64,000 nucleotides of DNA from Minisyncoccota bacterium (GCA_041666915.1 JBAYFZ010000001.1:354508-418507); one strand, 5' to 3'. Numbered from the stretch's first letter, positions 48,570-59,221 are shown. Notes: a model not told the origin generated them from the sequence alone. Translations and numbers: made by a program.

Positions 48570-49516
48570 AAAGATCCACCTTCTGGAGCAAAACCGGTAT
48601 TAGGAAGCTTGGGGAAAGATAAAGTAACAATTGCAGACGAGGTGGCCGTAGCAGTTAAATTATTCGCATGACCTTCAGCGGTAGCAATATTTGTAGTCGT
48701 CTGTTTAAGGTCTACTTCGCAAGTATATGTCCACGTTTCTGAAGTCTCGAGCATTTGATTGATATTTGCATCGCCAGAAACATAAACCGATGGATTACAT
48801 TTATCATCAACAACAGTTACATTACTCAAAGTAGTCGTGCCGGGATTAGTTACAAGATAGGTATAGATAACTTTTCCTCCAATAGCAGGCAAAGTAAGCA
48901 CACTAGGAGTCTTCTTCAAAGAGATCACTGGCGGTGACAACACTACAGGAGTATAACCACCTCCCCCTCCACCTCCACCACCAATAGGAGGTGGCGGTGT
49001 GACGACAACAGGTGGTGGCGGAGGAGGCGGAGGTGGAGTAACAACAATTGTTATATTCACACCCTGACTACCTCCACCTTGGCTATTCGTATCATTCTGA
49101 TGGATATCTCCTATAACATTAGCAGTAGCTTTTAGAGAACCGTCTGTCTTGATATCTTGACCTCGTGCCGTATAAGTCACGACACTTGAATAAACATCTA
49201 TTTGACCACTAGAAAGTGCTGTACGCGAAAGTGTAACTGGATGAGTCTGACCATCTGGAGTGACGATAGAAGCTTGGATATTGGTAGCGTCACAAGCAAG
49301 TCCGGCACCAGTACCATTGAAAATATCTATACTAAAAGAAACACTATCCCCAATACGAACTTCTGGACTACTTGTATAGAGATTGATAGACAAAGCACTA
49401 CCAGAACAACCGAGAGGACTTCTATGTGCAAAAGTAGTAGGAGTCCACAACATTAATAGAGACAGTATTAAAACTAATTTAAAAGGGTTACCAGAGATAT
49501 TTATATTTTTCACCAT
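48533..49516 (-). CDS. LPXTG-anchored cell-surface protein (sortase substrate)
   Basis: Signal peptide, Pro-run and Gly-run linkers (PPPPPPPPP, GGGGGGGGG), and a C-terminal KLPNTG sorting signal followed by a hydrophobic tail. Confidence 0.75.
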   Translation of the reverse strand: MVKNINISGNPFKLVLILSLLMLWTPTTFAHRSPLGCSGSALSINLYTSSPEVRIGDSVSFSIDIFNGTGAGLACDATNIQASIVTPDGQTHPVTLSRTALSSGQIDVYSSVVTYTARGQDIKTDGSLKATANVIGDIHQNDTNSQGGGSQGVNITIVVTPPPPPPPPPVVVTPPPPIGGGGGGGGGYTPVVLSPPVISLKKTPSVLTLPAIGGKVIYTYLVTNPGTTTLSNVTVVDDKCNPSVYVSGDANINQMLETSETWTYTCEVDLKQTTTNIATAEGHANNLTATATSSAIVTLSFPKLPNTGFAPEGGSLWDMIVNLFWFL

Positions 49517-49693
49517 ATTTATAGTATATACTCAATATTGACAAATAGCTATTATATTGTATTACGACACACTTCCACCTTTAATCCTAATAAAGAACAC
49601 AAGACCTACCCCACAGAGCAGATCTTGTCTTCAAAAGTATCAACAGAAACATTAATATCTCACCTAAAATCTCAAAGTGCTCCCCGTACACCC

Positions 49694-49987
49694 TTACGAT
49701 TGAAAGGCTTGATTTAACTCTGTTAACCCGCCCTGATTCACCCCATTTACAAAATTCTCTTCAGCTACTTCTTCTTCTAAACAAGCTGGACACTGCGTGA
49801 AGCGTACAGAAACGATAGAATCCGTATTCTTCTCCAACTGTTCTGGCTTATAAAAATGCCAGGAATGCTTGTAATAAAACGTATAGCACTTCTTGCACAT
49901 AGTGAGTGCACCGAACTTGCGACTCTTTGAAAACTTTTTCTTGCTACCCATACCCCAGTTATCTAGAGATTTGAATTTTACTAGCAT
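49694..49987 (-). CDS. small zinc-ribbon protein, hypothetical
   Basis: CKKC...CPAC pairs. Confidence 0.35.
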   Translation of the reverse strand: MLVKFKSLDNWGMGSKKKFSKSRKFGALTMCKKCYTFYYKHSWHFYKPEQLEKNTDSIVSVRFTQCPACLEEEVAEENFVNGVNQGGLTELNQAFQS

Positions 49988-50121
49988 ATATTTTTTGTGA
50001 TTAATATTAATGTCTAGATCAAATTGATATAATATTTAATCTAGTTTTAATATTGTATTCCCGTTTTTTCCAAACGTCAATCAATATATGTACATAAACC
50101 TGTTAACAACCTGTGGATTGT

Positions 50122-51381
50122 TTAATGTATTTTTAATGTAGGCAATGTTACAATGAAGATAGTTCCTTTTCCCAAAATACTCTCTACTTCTATTGATCCA
50201 GAATGAGCTTCCACTATCCATTTGACTATAGGCAGACCCAATCCAACGCTGTTTCCGTCAGGACTGTGAGACCTATCTACTCTATAGAAACGATTGAATA
50301 TATAAGGTAGGTCATCTTTACTTATACCGATACCATTATCTTCAACTTTTATTTTTACAAAATTCCCTTCCCTTTTGATATCCACTTTGATCCATCCCCC
50401 GACTTTGCCATAGTTGATACCATTTCTAATAAGGTTCAAAAAGAGTTTCCTGAGATTGGCTTCATCACCAGAAATAACAGCGTCATCTGTGTTTACCATT
50501 TTCACAGATATATTTTTCTTATCAGCCAGAGTCTTACACCTCTTTATAGTATTTTTGATAATTTTTAACAAATCCACCTCTGTAAAAGCAGTATTCTCTT
50601 TAAGGGACGTATCACTTGAGATCATAAGCGTTAAATTGGAAATGATTTCAGAAAGATGTTCTACCTCATGATTGATAGCTTTTAGGGCTTTTGCCGTACA
50701 AGCTGGAACTTCTTTACATCGAAGCAAGGCAAGGTCAGCATTACCCCTTATGATAGCGAGCGGGGTACGTATTTCATGAGTGGCATTTGCTATAAATTCA
50801 TTCTTCAATCGTTCTTCTTTCAACTGAACTTCCTGTTTAGCAGAAGCAAGTAAGACTTCTTGTTCTTTTTCTTTTAGACGATGTATAGTGACAGCTTTGG
50901 CTGTCGCATTACCCAAAGAGACTGCCAATTCCTTCTCTTCTTCAAGAAAAATATGCTCTTTTTTGAAACACATGATCACATTGCCATATAAATTTTCCTT
51001 ATAAATAACCGGTATGATAACGTAACTCTTCATATATGGTCTTATATGAAATTCTTTTTCATAATTTTCTTTTACAATACGTTCAACAAACAACGGTTTT
51101 CCAGGTTTATCTTTCTTGGTCTTGCCACCATTCCTCTTTGGTAACTTCGGTTCATATGGTGTATTTGGACTTTTATAAATCAAGTGATACTTCAACGTCT
51201 TCAAATCTTTCCACCAAGTAAAACTAAAGTCGGCACCTAAAATCTTTAGGCCAGTTTCTGTAAAACGTTTGATTATCTCCTCAGGATAAGTATCCGCAAA
51301 AGACTCCAATGTAGTTTGGTTGAGTAACGCTATCTTTTTTGAAATTGATAATTTCATGATAAAAATAATTGACCTAATCAA
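50122..51381 (-). CDS. sensor histidine kinase
   Basis: H-box ATHEIRTPLAIIRGN and HATPase_c (DNGIGI...GLGLPIV). Confidence 0.85.
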   Translation of the reverse strand: MIRSIIFIMKLSISKKIALLNQTTLESFADTYPEEIIKRFTETGLKILGADFSFTWWKDLKTLKYHLIYKSPNTPYEPKLPKRNGGKTKKDKPGKPLFVERIVKENYEKEFHIRPYMKSYVIIPVIYKENLYGNVIMCFKKEHIFLEEEKELAVSLGNATAKAVTIHRLKEKEQEVLLASAKQEVQLKEERLKNEFIANATHEIRTPLAIIRGNADLALLRCKEVPACTAKALKAINHEVEHLSEIISNLTLMISSDTSLKENTAFTEVDLLKIIKNTIKRCKTLADKKNISVKMVNTDDAVISGDEANLRKLFLNLIRNGINYGKVGGWIKVDIKREGNFVKIKVEDNGIGISKDDLPYIFNRFYRVDRSHSPDGNSVGLGLPIVKWIVEAHSGSIEVESILGKGTIFIVTLPTLKIH

Positions 51382-51410
51382 ATAAGATAAAATGCGTATA
51401 TAAAAGTTTT

Positions 51411-52079
51411 TTACTCCTTAACCACAAAACCAACTCCGCGTATTGTGTGAATAAGTGGTTTTTGACCTTTGCCGTCAATCTTCCTGCGCAAATATCTTAC
51501 ATGAACATTGAGCTCATTATTATTTTCAGAATGATCTGGTTTCCAAATACTATCTATAAGCCTCTTCCTACTGATGGCTTCACCGCGATGGTTGAGTAAA
51601 ACTCCAAGTAGTTTGTACTCTTTTGGAGTAAGCCTGATAATCCTCCCAGCTCTTGTAACCTCATGTCTAACCCTGTCTACAATCAAATCTGAAATAGTTA
51701 AAATATCTGAATCAGTAGTTTTTCTTCTACGCAAAACTGCTCTGATACGAGCAAAAAGTTCATTCATACCGAAAGGTTTAAGCAAATAATCATCTGCACC
51801 AGCGTTAAGACCTATCACCCTATCTTCATGAGTACCTTTTGCAGTAAGCATTATTATAGGAGTATGAATATGATTTACACGCAATTCCCTACAAATTTCT
51901 ACACCATCTTTCTTTGGAAGCATTATATCCAAGATGATAAGGTCATAATTATTTTTTACAGCCTTCTGTAAACCTTCTTCTCCATCAAAAGCACAATCTG
52001 TAGAATAATTCTCAGTCTTCAGAGCTCTTTTCAAAACATCTGCTAATTTCTTCTCGTCTTCAATTATTAGTATTATCAT
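51411..52079 (-). CDS. OmpR-family response regulator
   Basis: Receiver (IILIIEDE...ILDIMLP) plus a C-terminal winged-helix. Confidence 0.85.
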   Translation of the reverse strand: MIILIIEDEKKLADVLKRALKTENYSTDCAFDGEEGLQKAVKNNYDLIILDIMLPKKDGVEICRELRVNHIHTPIIMLTAKGTHEDRVIGLNAGADDYLLKPFGMNELFARIRAVLRRRKTTDSDILTISDLIVDRVRHEVTRAGRIIRLTPKEYKLLGVLLNHRGEAISRKRLIDSIWKPDHSENNNELNVHVRYLRRKIDGKGQKPLIHTIRGVGFVVKE

Positions 52080-52258
52080 AGTGCGTATTTATACACCCTA
52101 CAAAATAATTTTGCAAGTCCATTTATTAACAGTTTATTAACATTATATCCATTAATAGCTTTATAGGATTATATACGCAATCAAAAAGATTAAATTGGTA
52201 TTAACTATTTTTATTCAAGGTCTACCCTCAAAGATGGACCTCGTATATACTTACAGCA

Positions 52259-52636
52259 ATGAAAATCAAAACTGTATTTATATTTGGTAACCCCGATTTG
52301 GAGATGGATTCGTTACCTATTAGACTGGTTCCTAGGCTTCAAAAAATCTTTCCTGAGGTTTCGTTTCAAATAAAAGACCCTAATGAGGAATGGGATATTC
52401 CGGAAGAGATGACTATTATAGATACAGCTGTTGGAGTTGACGAGGTGACGATTTTTGATGATCTTGAATCATTTGATAAGACCCCTCAACTTTCAATGCA
52501 TGACTTTGACGCCCTAACCAATCTTCGTTATATGAAAAAACTCGGTAGGCTCAAAAAAATAATGATTATTGGGGTGCCACCGGATATTAGTGAAGAAAAA
52601 GCGGTTGAGGAGATTAAAAAAATACTATTAAAATAA
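52259..52636 (+). CDS. hydrogenase maturation protease (HycI/HyaD family)
   Basis: VFIFGNPDLEMDSLPIRL, IIDTAVG, SMHDF and IIGVPPDI blocks are colinear with HycI. Confidence 0.65.
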   Translation: MKIKTVFIFGNPDLEMDSLPIRLVPRLQKIFPEVSFQIKDPNEEWDIPEEMTIIDTAVGVDEVTIFDDLESFDKTPQLSMHDFDALTNLRYMKKLGRLKKIMIIGVPPDISEEKAVEEIKKILLK

Positions 52637-52701
52637 CGCCCGCACTAAAATCGCTCCCCATAACAACTTAAAAGAAAAGGTGACCAAATTATGATCACCT
52701 T

Positions 52702-53175
52702 TTATGATTTGACTACCTCTGCAATAAAGTTGTAGTGAAAATAGACAGTATCACCTTTCTCTACTGGCAGATTGTACCTATTTACTAAAAACTTTATCCT
52801 TTTAGCGTGGCGAACCTTAACAAATTGATTGACTTCTTCCACTACCTCATGCATTACGGCACATTGAGGACTCTTCCCCTTATGGTTACGCCAGAATTCC
52901 CTGACTTTTTCTACTGGCCAAGGAGTTGACAAAGAAGTTATATTCGCAAAACTTATAAATGAATCAGCAGCGTTTTGAAAACATTCCCTCAACAACAAGT
53001 GGGACGGTTCTCGACAACTATTTAATACATTATTCAATTCTGCGGCATAAATAGACTTCACAACATTTGCAGCCACTTTACCTTCTAAACACGGAAATGC
53101 ATACAACAGAAACAATCTTTCACCTGAAATATTGATTTTATTCAATCTTCCTTTCCGATAACGTACTGATAACAT
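52702..53175 (-). CDS. hypothetical protein (C-terminus weakly HypC-like)
   Basis: C-terminal GDTVYFHYNFIAEVV is reminiscent of the HypC GDxVLVHVGFA block, but the MC N-terminus is absent. Confidence 0.3.
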   Translation of the reverse strand: MLSVRYRKGRLNKINISGERLFLLYAFPCLEGKVAANVVKSIYAAELNNVLNSCREPSHLLLRECFQNAADSFISFANITSLSTPWPVEKVREFWRNHKGKSPQCAVMHEVVEEVNQFVKVRHAKRIKFLVNRYNLPVEKGDTVYFHYNFIAEVVKS

Positions 53176-53287
53176 GTTTACGTTATCTATTTGTTTTTCT
53201 GCTTACTACTATTATCTAAGCTCATATTAACCAAAAAGAGTGTTTTTGCAAGGAATTTAGATGTTCCTCTTCTATTTCCAGATTGAC

Positions 53288-53420
53288 TCCTCCCCCCTAG
53301 GGGGGAGGGGGTGGTTTTCTTACCCAGGAAACCTCGAACGAAGCGACGGCGAGAGCCCGAGGAGGAGGTCATCGTATCTTTCCTAACTTGATACCCCCTA
53401 GGGGGGAGGGGGTATCAAAC
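53288..53420. repeat. CCCCCTAGGGGG-family palindromic repeats (copy D, two palindromes bracketing ~75 bp of GC-rich spacer)
   Basis: CTCCTCCCCCCTAGGGGGGAGGGGG ... ATACCCCTAGGGGGGAGGGGGTATCAAAC. Confidence 0.7.
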
Positions 53421-53452
53421 ATAAAATGTCATGTGAATCTACCAACCCGTCT

Positions 53453-54751
53453 TTACTTCTTCCCTTTCCAATTAACCTTCAAAAAGTGTGCGCCGCAACT
53501 CATACAAGGATCGTAAGCACGAATCAATTTTTCAATTTCAGGATTGATTTTGTCCTCTGGCATTTTGCCAATCAACTCTTCTACCAAAACACCGACATCA
53601 CGTTCAATATTGACTTGATTTTGACCAGTAGGAACTATGACTTCACCATCTAACACAATTCCCTTGTCATCTATTACAACCTTATGATAAAGCGTTCCTC
53701 GAGGTGCTTCTATGACACCTATACCAACACCAGCTTTCATAGGGACTTTCACTATCGGCTCTGGTTTGAAAACATTATTTGAAAGTATATCTATAGACTC
53801 ATCTATACCGTGGAGTATTTCTATAGCCTGCGCAAGATTGTTATGATAAATATCCGTTGATGGGAATAATTTCAAAGCTTCCACAGCAGACTCCTTGGTA
53901 TTTGGATGTAACTTATCTTTTGCCAAGTTTATTCTGGCCAATGCACCAACCATATAGCTCTCACCTTTGTATGTATATGCAGAAGCCTGTGAATATGGTA
54001 AAACCACATGCTCCAAATGTGAACGAAAATCTTTTTGCTCGTAGACTTCACCTTTGTCTGTAATGATTTTTCCACCAATGTAGCCAAAAGTATCATCTGG
54101 CACCAAAGCCATGTATTTTGTTTTTCTATCTAGATGAAAAGGTGCGTTCTTGAATATTTCTATGAGACGCAAGACGGCTGGACGAACAGCTTCCAATTCT
54201 GCAATAGACTGTGCCCCTGCTTCAGCTGAAGGAAATTGTAAAAATCCTCCCATAACTGGAAAAGTTGCATGAACGCTACGCCCAGCAATGATCTGAGCCA
54301 AATGATTGCCCGAAGCTTTGATATCAAAACCATCGTGTAATAACTGATGTTGGACTGGATCCGTATCATCAAAATCCAGAAATGCATCTTTACTATACAT
54401 ATCTGGCATTACAAATAAATATAAATGCAAAGCATGGTCACGAATCATAAGACCGTGCATAGTAAGCTTACGTAAAAGTTTTGTTTGCGGAGTGACTTCT
54501 ATACCCAAAGCATTCTCACAGGCCATAATAGCGGCCATGACGTGAGCGTTGGAGCATGTGCCACAAATACGAGCTAGGTGAGCTGGAATAGCTACAATAC
54601 TCTTTCCTTTCATAGCTGTAGTGAAAAATCTCTTGTATTCAACAATAGCAAACTTCACATTTGTCACTTTTCCATCTTCAACCACAACGTCCATGGAGGC
54701 GTCGCCTTCTATTTTTGTTATATGATCCAAGCGTAGGTCTATGCGGTGCAT
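53453..54751 (-). CDS. [NiFe]-hydrogenase large subunit (group 3-like, cytoplasmic)
   Basis: N-terminal RICGTCSNAH and C-terminal DPCMSCGAH Ni-binding motifs; 432 aa. Confidence 0.85.
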   Translation of the reverse strand: MHRIDLRLDHITKIEGDASMDVVVEDGKVTNVKFAIVEYKRFFTTAMKGKSIVAIPAHLARICGTCSNAHVMAAIMACENALGIEVTPQTKLLRKLTMHGLMIRDHALHLYLFVMPDMYSKDAFLDFDDTDPVQHQLLHDGFDIKASGNHLAQIIAGRSVHATFPVMGGFLQFPSAEAGAQSIAELEAVRPAVLRLIEIFKNAPFHLDRKTKYMALVPDDTFGYIGGKIITDKGEVYEQKDFRSHLEHVVLPYSQASAYTYKGESYMVGALARINLAKDKLHPNTKESAVEALKLFPSTDIYHNNLAQAIEILHGIDESIDILSNNVFKPEPIVKVPMKAGVGIGVIEAPRGTLYHKVVIDDKGIVLDGEVIVPTGQNQVNIERDVGVLVEELIGKMPEDKINPEIEKLIRAYDPCMSCGAHFLKVNWKGKK

Positions 54752-54770
54752 GATAGTTATGAAAATTTCT

Positions 54771-54886
54771 AATTACTAATTTTTAATTTCTTGCGTTGTC
54801 ATTCCCGCGAAGGCGGGAATCCAGGATATTACCAAAAAATTCTGTTAGTTGCCTTCATGGATTCCCGCCTTCGCGGGAATGACACA
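54771..54886. repeat. MITE/REP-like palindromic element copy 4, between the hydrogenase small and large subunit genes
   Basis: Both inverted termini plus the shared flank AATTACTAATTTTTAATTTCTTGCGTT. Confidence 0.8.
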
Positions 54887-54890
54887 ACTA

Positions 54891-55373
54891 CTAACTCCTC
54901 AACTCCACCACCAGCGAATTCACCTTTTCCAAAAACACCTTCGGATCCATCGGACACCCTGGTATCTCCGCATCAACTTTGACAACATCAGAAACTTTCT
55001 TTACTTCCGGCAAAGCACCAAACCTAGTCACCAAATAATCTATACTAGCTTTTTGTTCTTCTGTAAAAGTATTACGCTGACCAGCTGGTAAGCCAACGAT
55101 TGCACAAGAACCAACAGCGACCAACTTTTTGGAACGACTACGGATGTCTTTGAGTTTTTCTATATGTTCTGGACCAGCCATAGCACCTTCTATAAAAGCG
55201 ATATCAAAACTATCCATAATATTGTTGGACTTCATGACTCGTGCATGACGAAAATCAAAAAGTTGCTTCCATTCTTGCCAATGGTCGTTCATAACTTCGG
55301 TCATGACAATAGTATTATCCTCGCAACAAGAGAAAGAAAACCAGCCAACTTTGATCTTTGGTAAATCTGTCAT
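54891..55373 (-). CDS. [NiFe]-hydrogenase small subunit (NuoB-like Fe-S subunit)
   Basis: FSCCEDN, AVGSCA and IPGCPMDP cysteine motifs. Confidence 0.75.
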   Translation of the reverse strand: MTDLPKIKVGWFSFSCCEDNTIVMTEVMNDHWQEWKQLFDFRHARVMKSNNIMDSFDIAFIEGAMAGPEHIEKLKDIRSRSKKLVAVGSCAIVGLPAGQRNTFTEEQKASIDYLVTRFGALPEVKKVSDVVKVDAEIPGCPMDPKVFLEKVNSLVVELRS

Positions 55374-55484
55374 GAAATTGTTGTCATATTATAGCATTTT
55401 TATTAGATATGAGTGTTGCAATTAATTGTTGAACTCGGGTTATCTGTATTTGATTAATTCTAACAATTAGCTACAATCATACAT

Positions 55485-56243
55485 ATGAAAGATAACAATG
55501 AATATTTCAAAAAATGGTATCTACACCTAACTTTAGATGACAAAAGAATAGGTGCTGAACAAACTAAAAAAGAGACGGATTTTATAAAATCTGTCCTTAA
55601 CTTAAAGAAAGGATCAAAAATTCTAGATTTGTGTTGCGGTCACGGGAGACACGCAGTTTTGTTAGCAAATGATTTTGATGTTACTGGACAAGATCTAGAT
55701 CAAAATGCATTGAATATGTTATCCGACACCGCTACAAAAGAAAAGGTTCGTATCAAAACAATATGCTCTGATATGCGAATAATTCCAAATATTAACGAGT
55801 TTGAAGCTGTTATTATGATGTATTCATCATTCGGATATTTTAGCGATGATGAAGAAAATGAAAAAGTTATGAAATCAGTAAACAAATCCCTAAAACCAGG
55901 TGGTCTATTTCTATTTGATATAAGAAATAAAAATCTTACATTAAAATACTCCACTCAAAAGACGTGGGAAGAAAAAAATGACTCATTTAGGTTATATAAT
56001 TCAAGTTTTGATGAAAAAACAAATTTAGCTGTTATGAACATAACTATAATTCAGAAAGGTAGCAACGTAGTTGAAAAAACATCTTTCATTTTGAAGCTCT
56101 ATAGTCTAGAACAAATAAAGGCTATGCTAGAAAAAAATGGCTTCAAATTAATCAAAGTTTTTGGTGATACCACGTTAGCTAAAGAATTTAATCCAGAAAC
56201 TAGCAAAAGAATGGTATTTTTAGCAAAAAAGGGTAGCCTATAG
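55485..56243 (+). CDS. class I SAM-dependent methyltransferase
   Basis: Motif I ILDLCCGHGRH, motif post-I, LFLFDI. Confidence 0.7.
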   Translation: MKDNNEYFKKWYLHLTLDDKRIGAEQTKKETDFIKSVLNLKKGSKILDLCCGHGRHAVLLANDFDVTGQDLDQNALNMLSDTATKEKVRIKTICSDMRIIPNINEFEAVIMMYSSFGYFSDDEENEKVMKSVNKSLKPGGLFLFDIRNKNLTLKYSTQKTWEEKNDSFRLYNSSFDEKTNLAVMNITIIQKGSNVVEKTSFILKLYSLEQIKAMLEKNGFKLIKVFGDTTLAKEFNPETSKRMVFLAKKGSL

Positions 56244-56365
56244 AATAAGCTACCCAAACCAGTTATACACGAGAACATCAATCATTCGCGTCGCCACCGA
56301 GCCACGATATACTAGACCCGACAACAATCACTTTGATTCTTCGCTTACTGGTTTTGTTTTTATGC

Positions 56366-57379
56366 TTATTTTTCATAAGCCACCACCTTCTTTTTCTCAA
56401 TCTCAACATTAAGATGAGTTCCTACAAAGCTTAACAGTTCCCAAGGAACAGTCAAATCAATGTTTTTAAGTACAAACTGACTCTTTAAATCATCATTGAA
56501 GATAGAGCCGGTATGTCTCGATGATTCCGTACGATCTGTAATATAGATTCCTCCATCATAATTGATAAAGAAATACTTAGGACGAGTTGAAATGCCATTA
56601 CTAAACATCCAAAACATAATCTGTATATCCGTTCCATTTAACATCCTGCAATATCTTGACGTGTTGAAAAGTGGAATCAATTTTTTAACCACATCAAGTT
56701 GAGATACGCTCGTAGCCAGATTTGATCTGCCTTTTTGCATAAGTGTATTATAAGACCACCCAGCAACACCCAATCTCATACAGAAGTCTAACATACGATT
56801 TAAACCATCGAAGTTACCTTCATGAATAACTGTTTTTATAGCCACTTTTTTATTTAAAGTTAGAGTAGATTCAATACCGATTACAATAGGTCTAAACGTT
56901 CCAACTCCTCTATACTTAGAATTAATCCTCTCGTTCCAACCATCAAGGGACGCTTTGATAACAACCGACGGATGTCCAATAAGATCAGGACGAGTTAACG
57001 TTGCGTGACGTAAAAGAAGACCGTTAGTCTGCAATCGACAAATACAACCTTTTGCTAATATATATTCAATGAGAGAATATATATCTGGATAAAGAAATAC
57101 CTCACCACCAGTCAATTGAATATACTTTGTTTTTTCTGGTTCCATAGATACAAAAAAATCTATGGCCTTTTTGATAGACTCTAACGGTAACATTTTACGT
57201 TTAGCAACATCGCATTCACGTAAACAATAAGAACAACTCATGTTGCATTTATCAGTCAAACAGATTGATAAGCTGCGAAAGATACTGTCGCCCTCATCAA
57301 TATTTTTCATAACTATTTTAGTTTTCATAGAACAAAATTCCTTTCTTTTAACTAATTTTACAATACTACAGATAAACAA
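56366..57379 (-). CDS. radical SAM protein of unknown function
   Basis: CNMSCSYC CxxxCxxC cluster motif; no SPASM-like Cys-rich tail. The start is probably the internal MKTKIV. Confidence 0.65.
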   Translation of the reverse strand: MFICSIVKLVKRKEFCSMKTKIVMKNIDEGDSIFRSLSICLTDKCNMSCSYCLRECDVAKRKMLPLESIKKAIDFFVSMEPEKTKYIQLTGGEVFLYPDIYSLIEYILAKGCICRLQTNGLLLRHATLTRPDLIGHPSVVIKASLDGWNERINSKYRGVGTFRPIVIGIESTLTLNKKVAIKTVIHEGNFDGLNRMLDFCMRLGVAGWSYNTLMQKGRSNLATSVSQLDVVKKLIPLFNTSRYCRMLNGTDIQIMFWMFSNGISTRPKYFFINYDGGIYITDRTESSRHTGSIFNDDLKSQFVLKNIDLTVPWELLSFVGTHLNVEIEKKKVVAYEK

Positions 57380-57463
57380 ATAGTCAATATTTACAACGTA
57401 GATTATCTATAACTCTATTTTCAAAACAAATAATGAAAAAACATAATATGCTATAATTTATAG

Positions 57464-59221
57464 GTGAAGAAATCCCACGACAGTGTTTTTACTATTGGCA
57501 TCGGCGGAGCGGCTGGTGACGGTATCCATGAATCAGGCATCACACTAGGTGCTATCTTGGCCGAACTTGGTTACGAATCATATTTATCATACACTTACCC
57601 TTCACTTATCCGTGGAGGGCACAATTTTGCCCGTCTTTCATTCAGTAAGGAAAAAATATACTCTGACCACGAAGCTTTGGATGTTCTCATCGCTCTCAAC
57701 GAAGAAAGCATCGTGCTTCATCGCAAAGAAATGGCAGACAATTCGGTTGTTTTGGCTGATTCTTTTGAAAAAGATGATTTGGACATACTCAAAGACAATG
57801 CCGTAGTTATACCGATGGACATTACAGTCAAAGAGATGAATGTTTCTCCTATTACCAGAAACTCAATGGCTTTGGGAGCGCTTTGTTACCTACTAGACTT
57901 GGATTTCAAGCTCATGGAAAAAGTCTTAGGTGATGTCTTCAAAAACAAAAAACCAGAAATAAACATCAAACTTGCTGATATAGGTTACGAATTACTCAAA
58001 AGCAAAAATTTCCGACATTCCAAAAAGATTCACCCTAGTGAAGGTAAAAAAGAATTCATAGATGGTAATAGTGCCCTAGCAAAAGGCCTTCTAACAGCTG
58101 GTTTAGATTTCTACATTGGTTACCCAATGACACCAGCTACAAGTATCTTGCAATATTTAGCTACACACCAACACGACAATATTGGACACAATCAAAAGAT
58201 GCGTGTCATTCAACCAGAGAGTGAGCTCTCGGTTATCAATATGGCACTAGGCATGTCTTACGCCGGCAAACGCGTAGCAGTTGGTTCTGCTACTGGAGGT
58301 TTCGCCTTGATGCAAGAAGCTTTTAGTTTCGCTGGTATAGCCGAATTACCTTTGGTAGTAGCTGTCTCCCAAAGACAAGGACCTGCCACAGGACTTCCTA
58401 CTTATTCTAGTCAAACAGATTTGCGATTTGCCATACATGCTGGACATGGAGAATTCCCGAGAATAGTCATCGCCCCCGGAGATCCAGAAGAATCCTTCTA
58501 CCTTGGTGCACAAGCCTTGAATCTGGCTTGGGAATACCAACTACCAGTCATAGTCCTTATGGATAAAATCATTTCCGAACATTCTGCTACGAGTCTTTTG
58601 AAAGCTGAGAATATTAAAATAGAAAAAGGAAACGTCGCAAAAAATACAGATGAAAAATATGGTAGATATGAAATAACAAAAGACGGTATATCTCCTATGG
58701 CTTTTCCTGGCACAGCCAATACTACAGTAAAAGTTACTAGCTATGAACATGACCATGCAGGTATCACCGTAGATGAACCAGAGTTAGCCGAAAAAATGTT
58801 AGATAAAAGGTTTGCTAAATCAGAAACCTTAAAAAAATCTTTAAATCACCACGAGACCGTCAAAGTCTACGGCGATCACTCCAGTGACAATATAGTTGTT
58901 TTCTGGGGTTCAACCAAAGGTCCCGCTTTGGAGTCAGCCAGATATTTGAAAAAACCAGTCAAGTTTGTACAAATTGTTTGGTTAGAACCTTTTGATGTTA
59001 AAAAAGTAAAACAAGAATTATCTGGAGCCAAAAAGATTATTGACGTTGAATGTAATCATGATGGTCAATTATCTGCTTTAATCCGCGAAAAAACTGGCAT
59101 AGAAGTCACAGACAAGATTCTGAAATACGATTCAAGACCTTTTGAACCAGTTGAGTTGGCAGAAAAGATCAATTCATTATGTCATTCCCGCGAAGGCGGG
59201 AATCCAGGATGTAACCAATAA
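57464..59221 (+). CDS. 2-oxoacid:ferredoxin oxidoreductase alpha subunit (gamma-alpha fusion type)
   Basis: N-terminal gamma-like TIGIGGAAGDGI domain then an alpha domain. The last ~15 codons (LCHSREGGNPGCNQ) are supplied by MITE copy 5. Confidence 0.8.
   Translation: MKKSHDSVFTIGIGGAAGDGIHESGITLGAILAELGYESYLSYTYPSLIRGGHNFARLSFSKEKIYSDHEALDVLIALNEESIVLHRKEMADNSVVLADSFEKDDLDILKDNAVVIPMDITVKEMNVSPITRNSMALGALCYLLDLDFKLMEKVLGDVFKNKKPEINIKLADIGYELLKSKNFRHSKKIHPSEGKKEFIDGNSALAKGLLTAGLDFYIGYPMTPATSILQYLATHQHDNIGHNQKMRVIQPESELSVINMALGMSYAGKRVAVGSATGGFALMQEAFSFAGIAELPLVVAVSQRQGPATGLPTYSSQTDLRFAIHAGHGEFPRIVIAPGDPEESFYLGAQALNLAWEYQLPVIVLMDKIISEHSATSLLKAENIKIEKGNVAKNTDEKYGRYEITKDGISPMAFPGTANTTVKVTSYEHDHAGITVDEPELAEKMLDKRFAKSETLKKSLNHHETVKVYGDHSSDNIVVFWGSTKGPALESARYLKKPVKFVQIVWLEPFDVKKVKQELSGAKKIIDVECNHDGQLSALIREKTGIEVTDKILKYDSRPFEPVELAEKINSLCHSREGGNPGCNQ

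Noticed and set aside
53187-53372. 61-aa Arg/Gly/Ser-rich ORF between the two CCCCCTAGGGGG palindromes
   Set aside because: It lies entirely in the GC-rich spacer of repeat copy D with extreme low-complexity composition, and is most likely non-coding.
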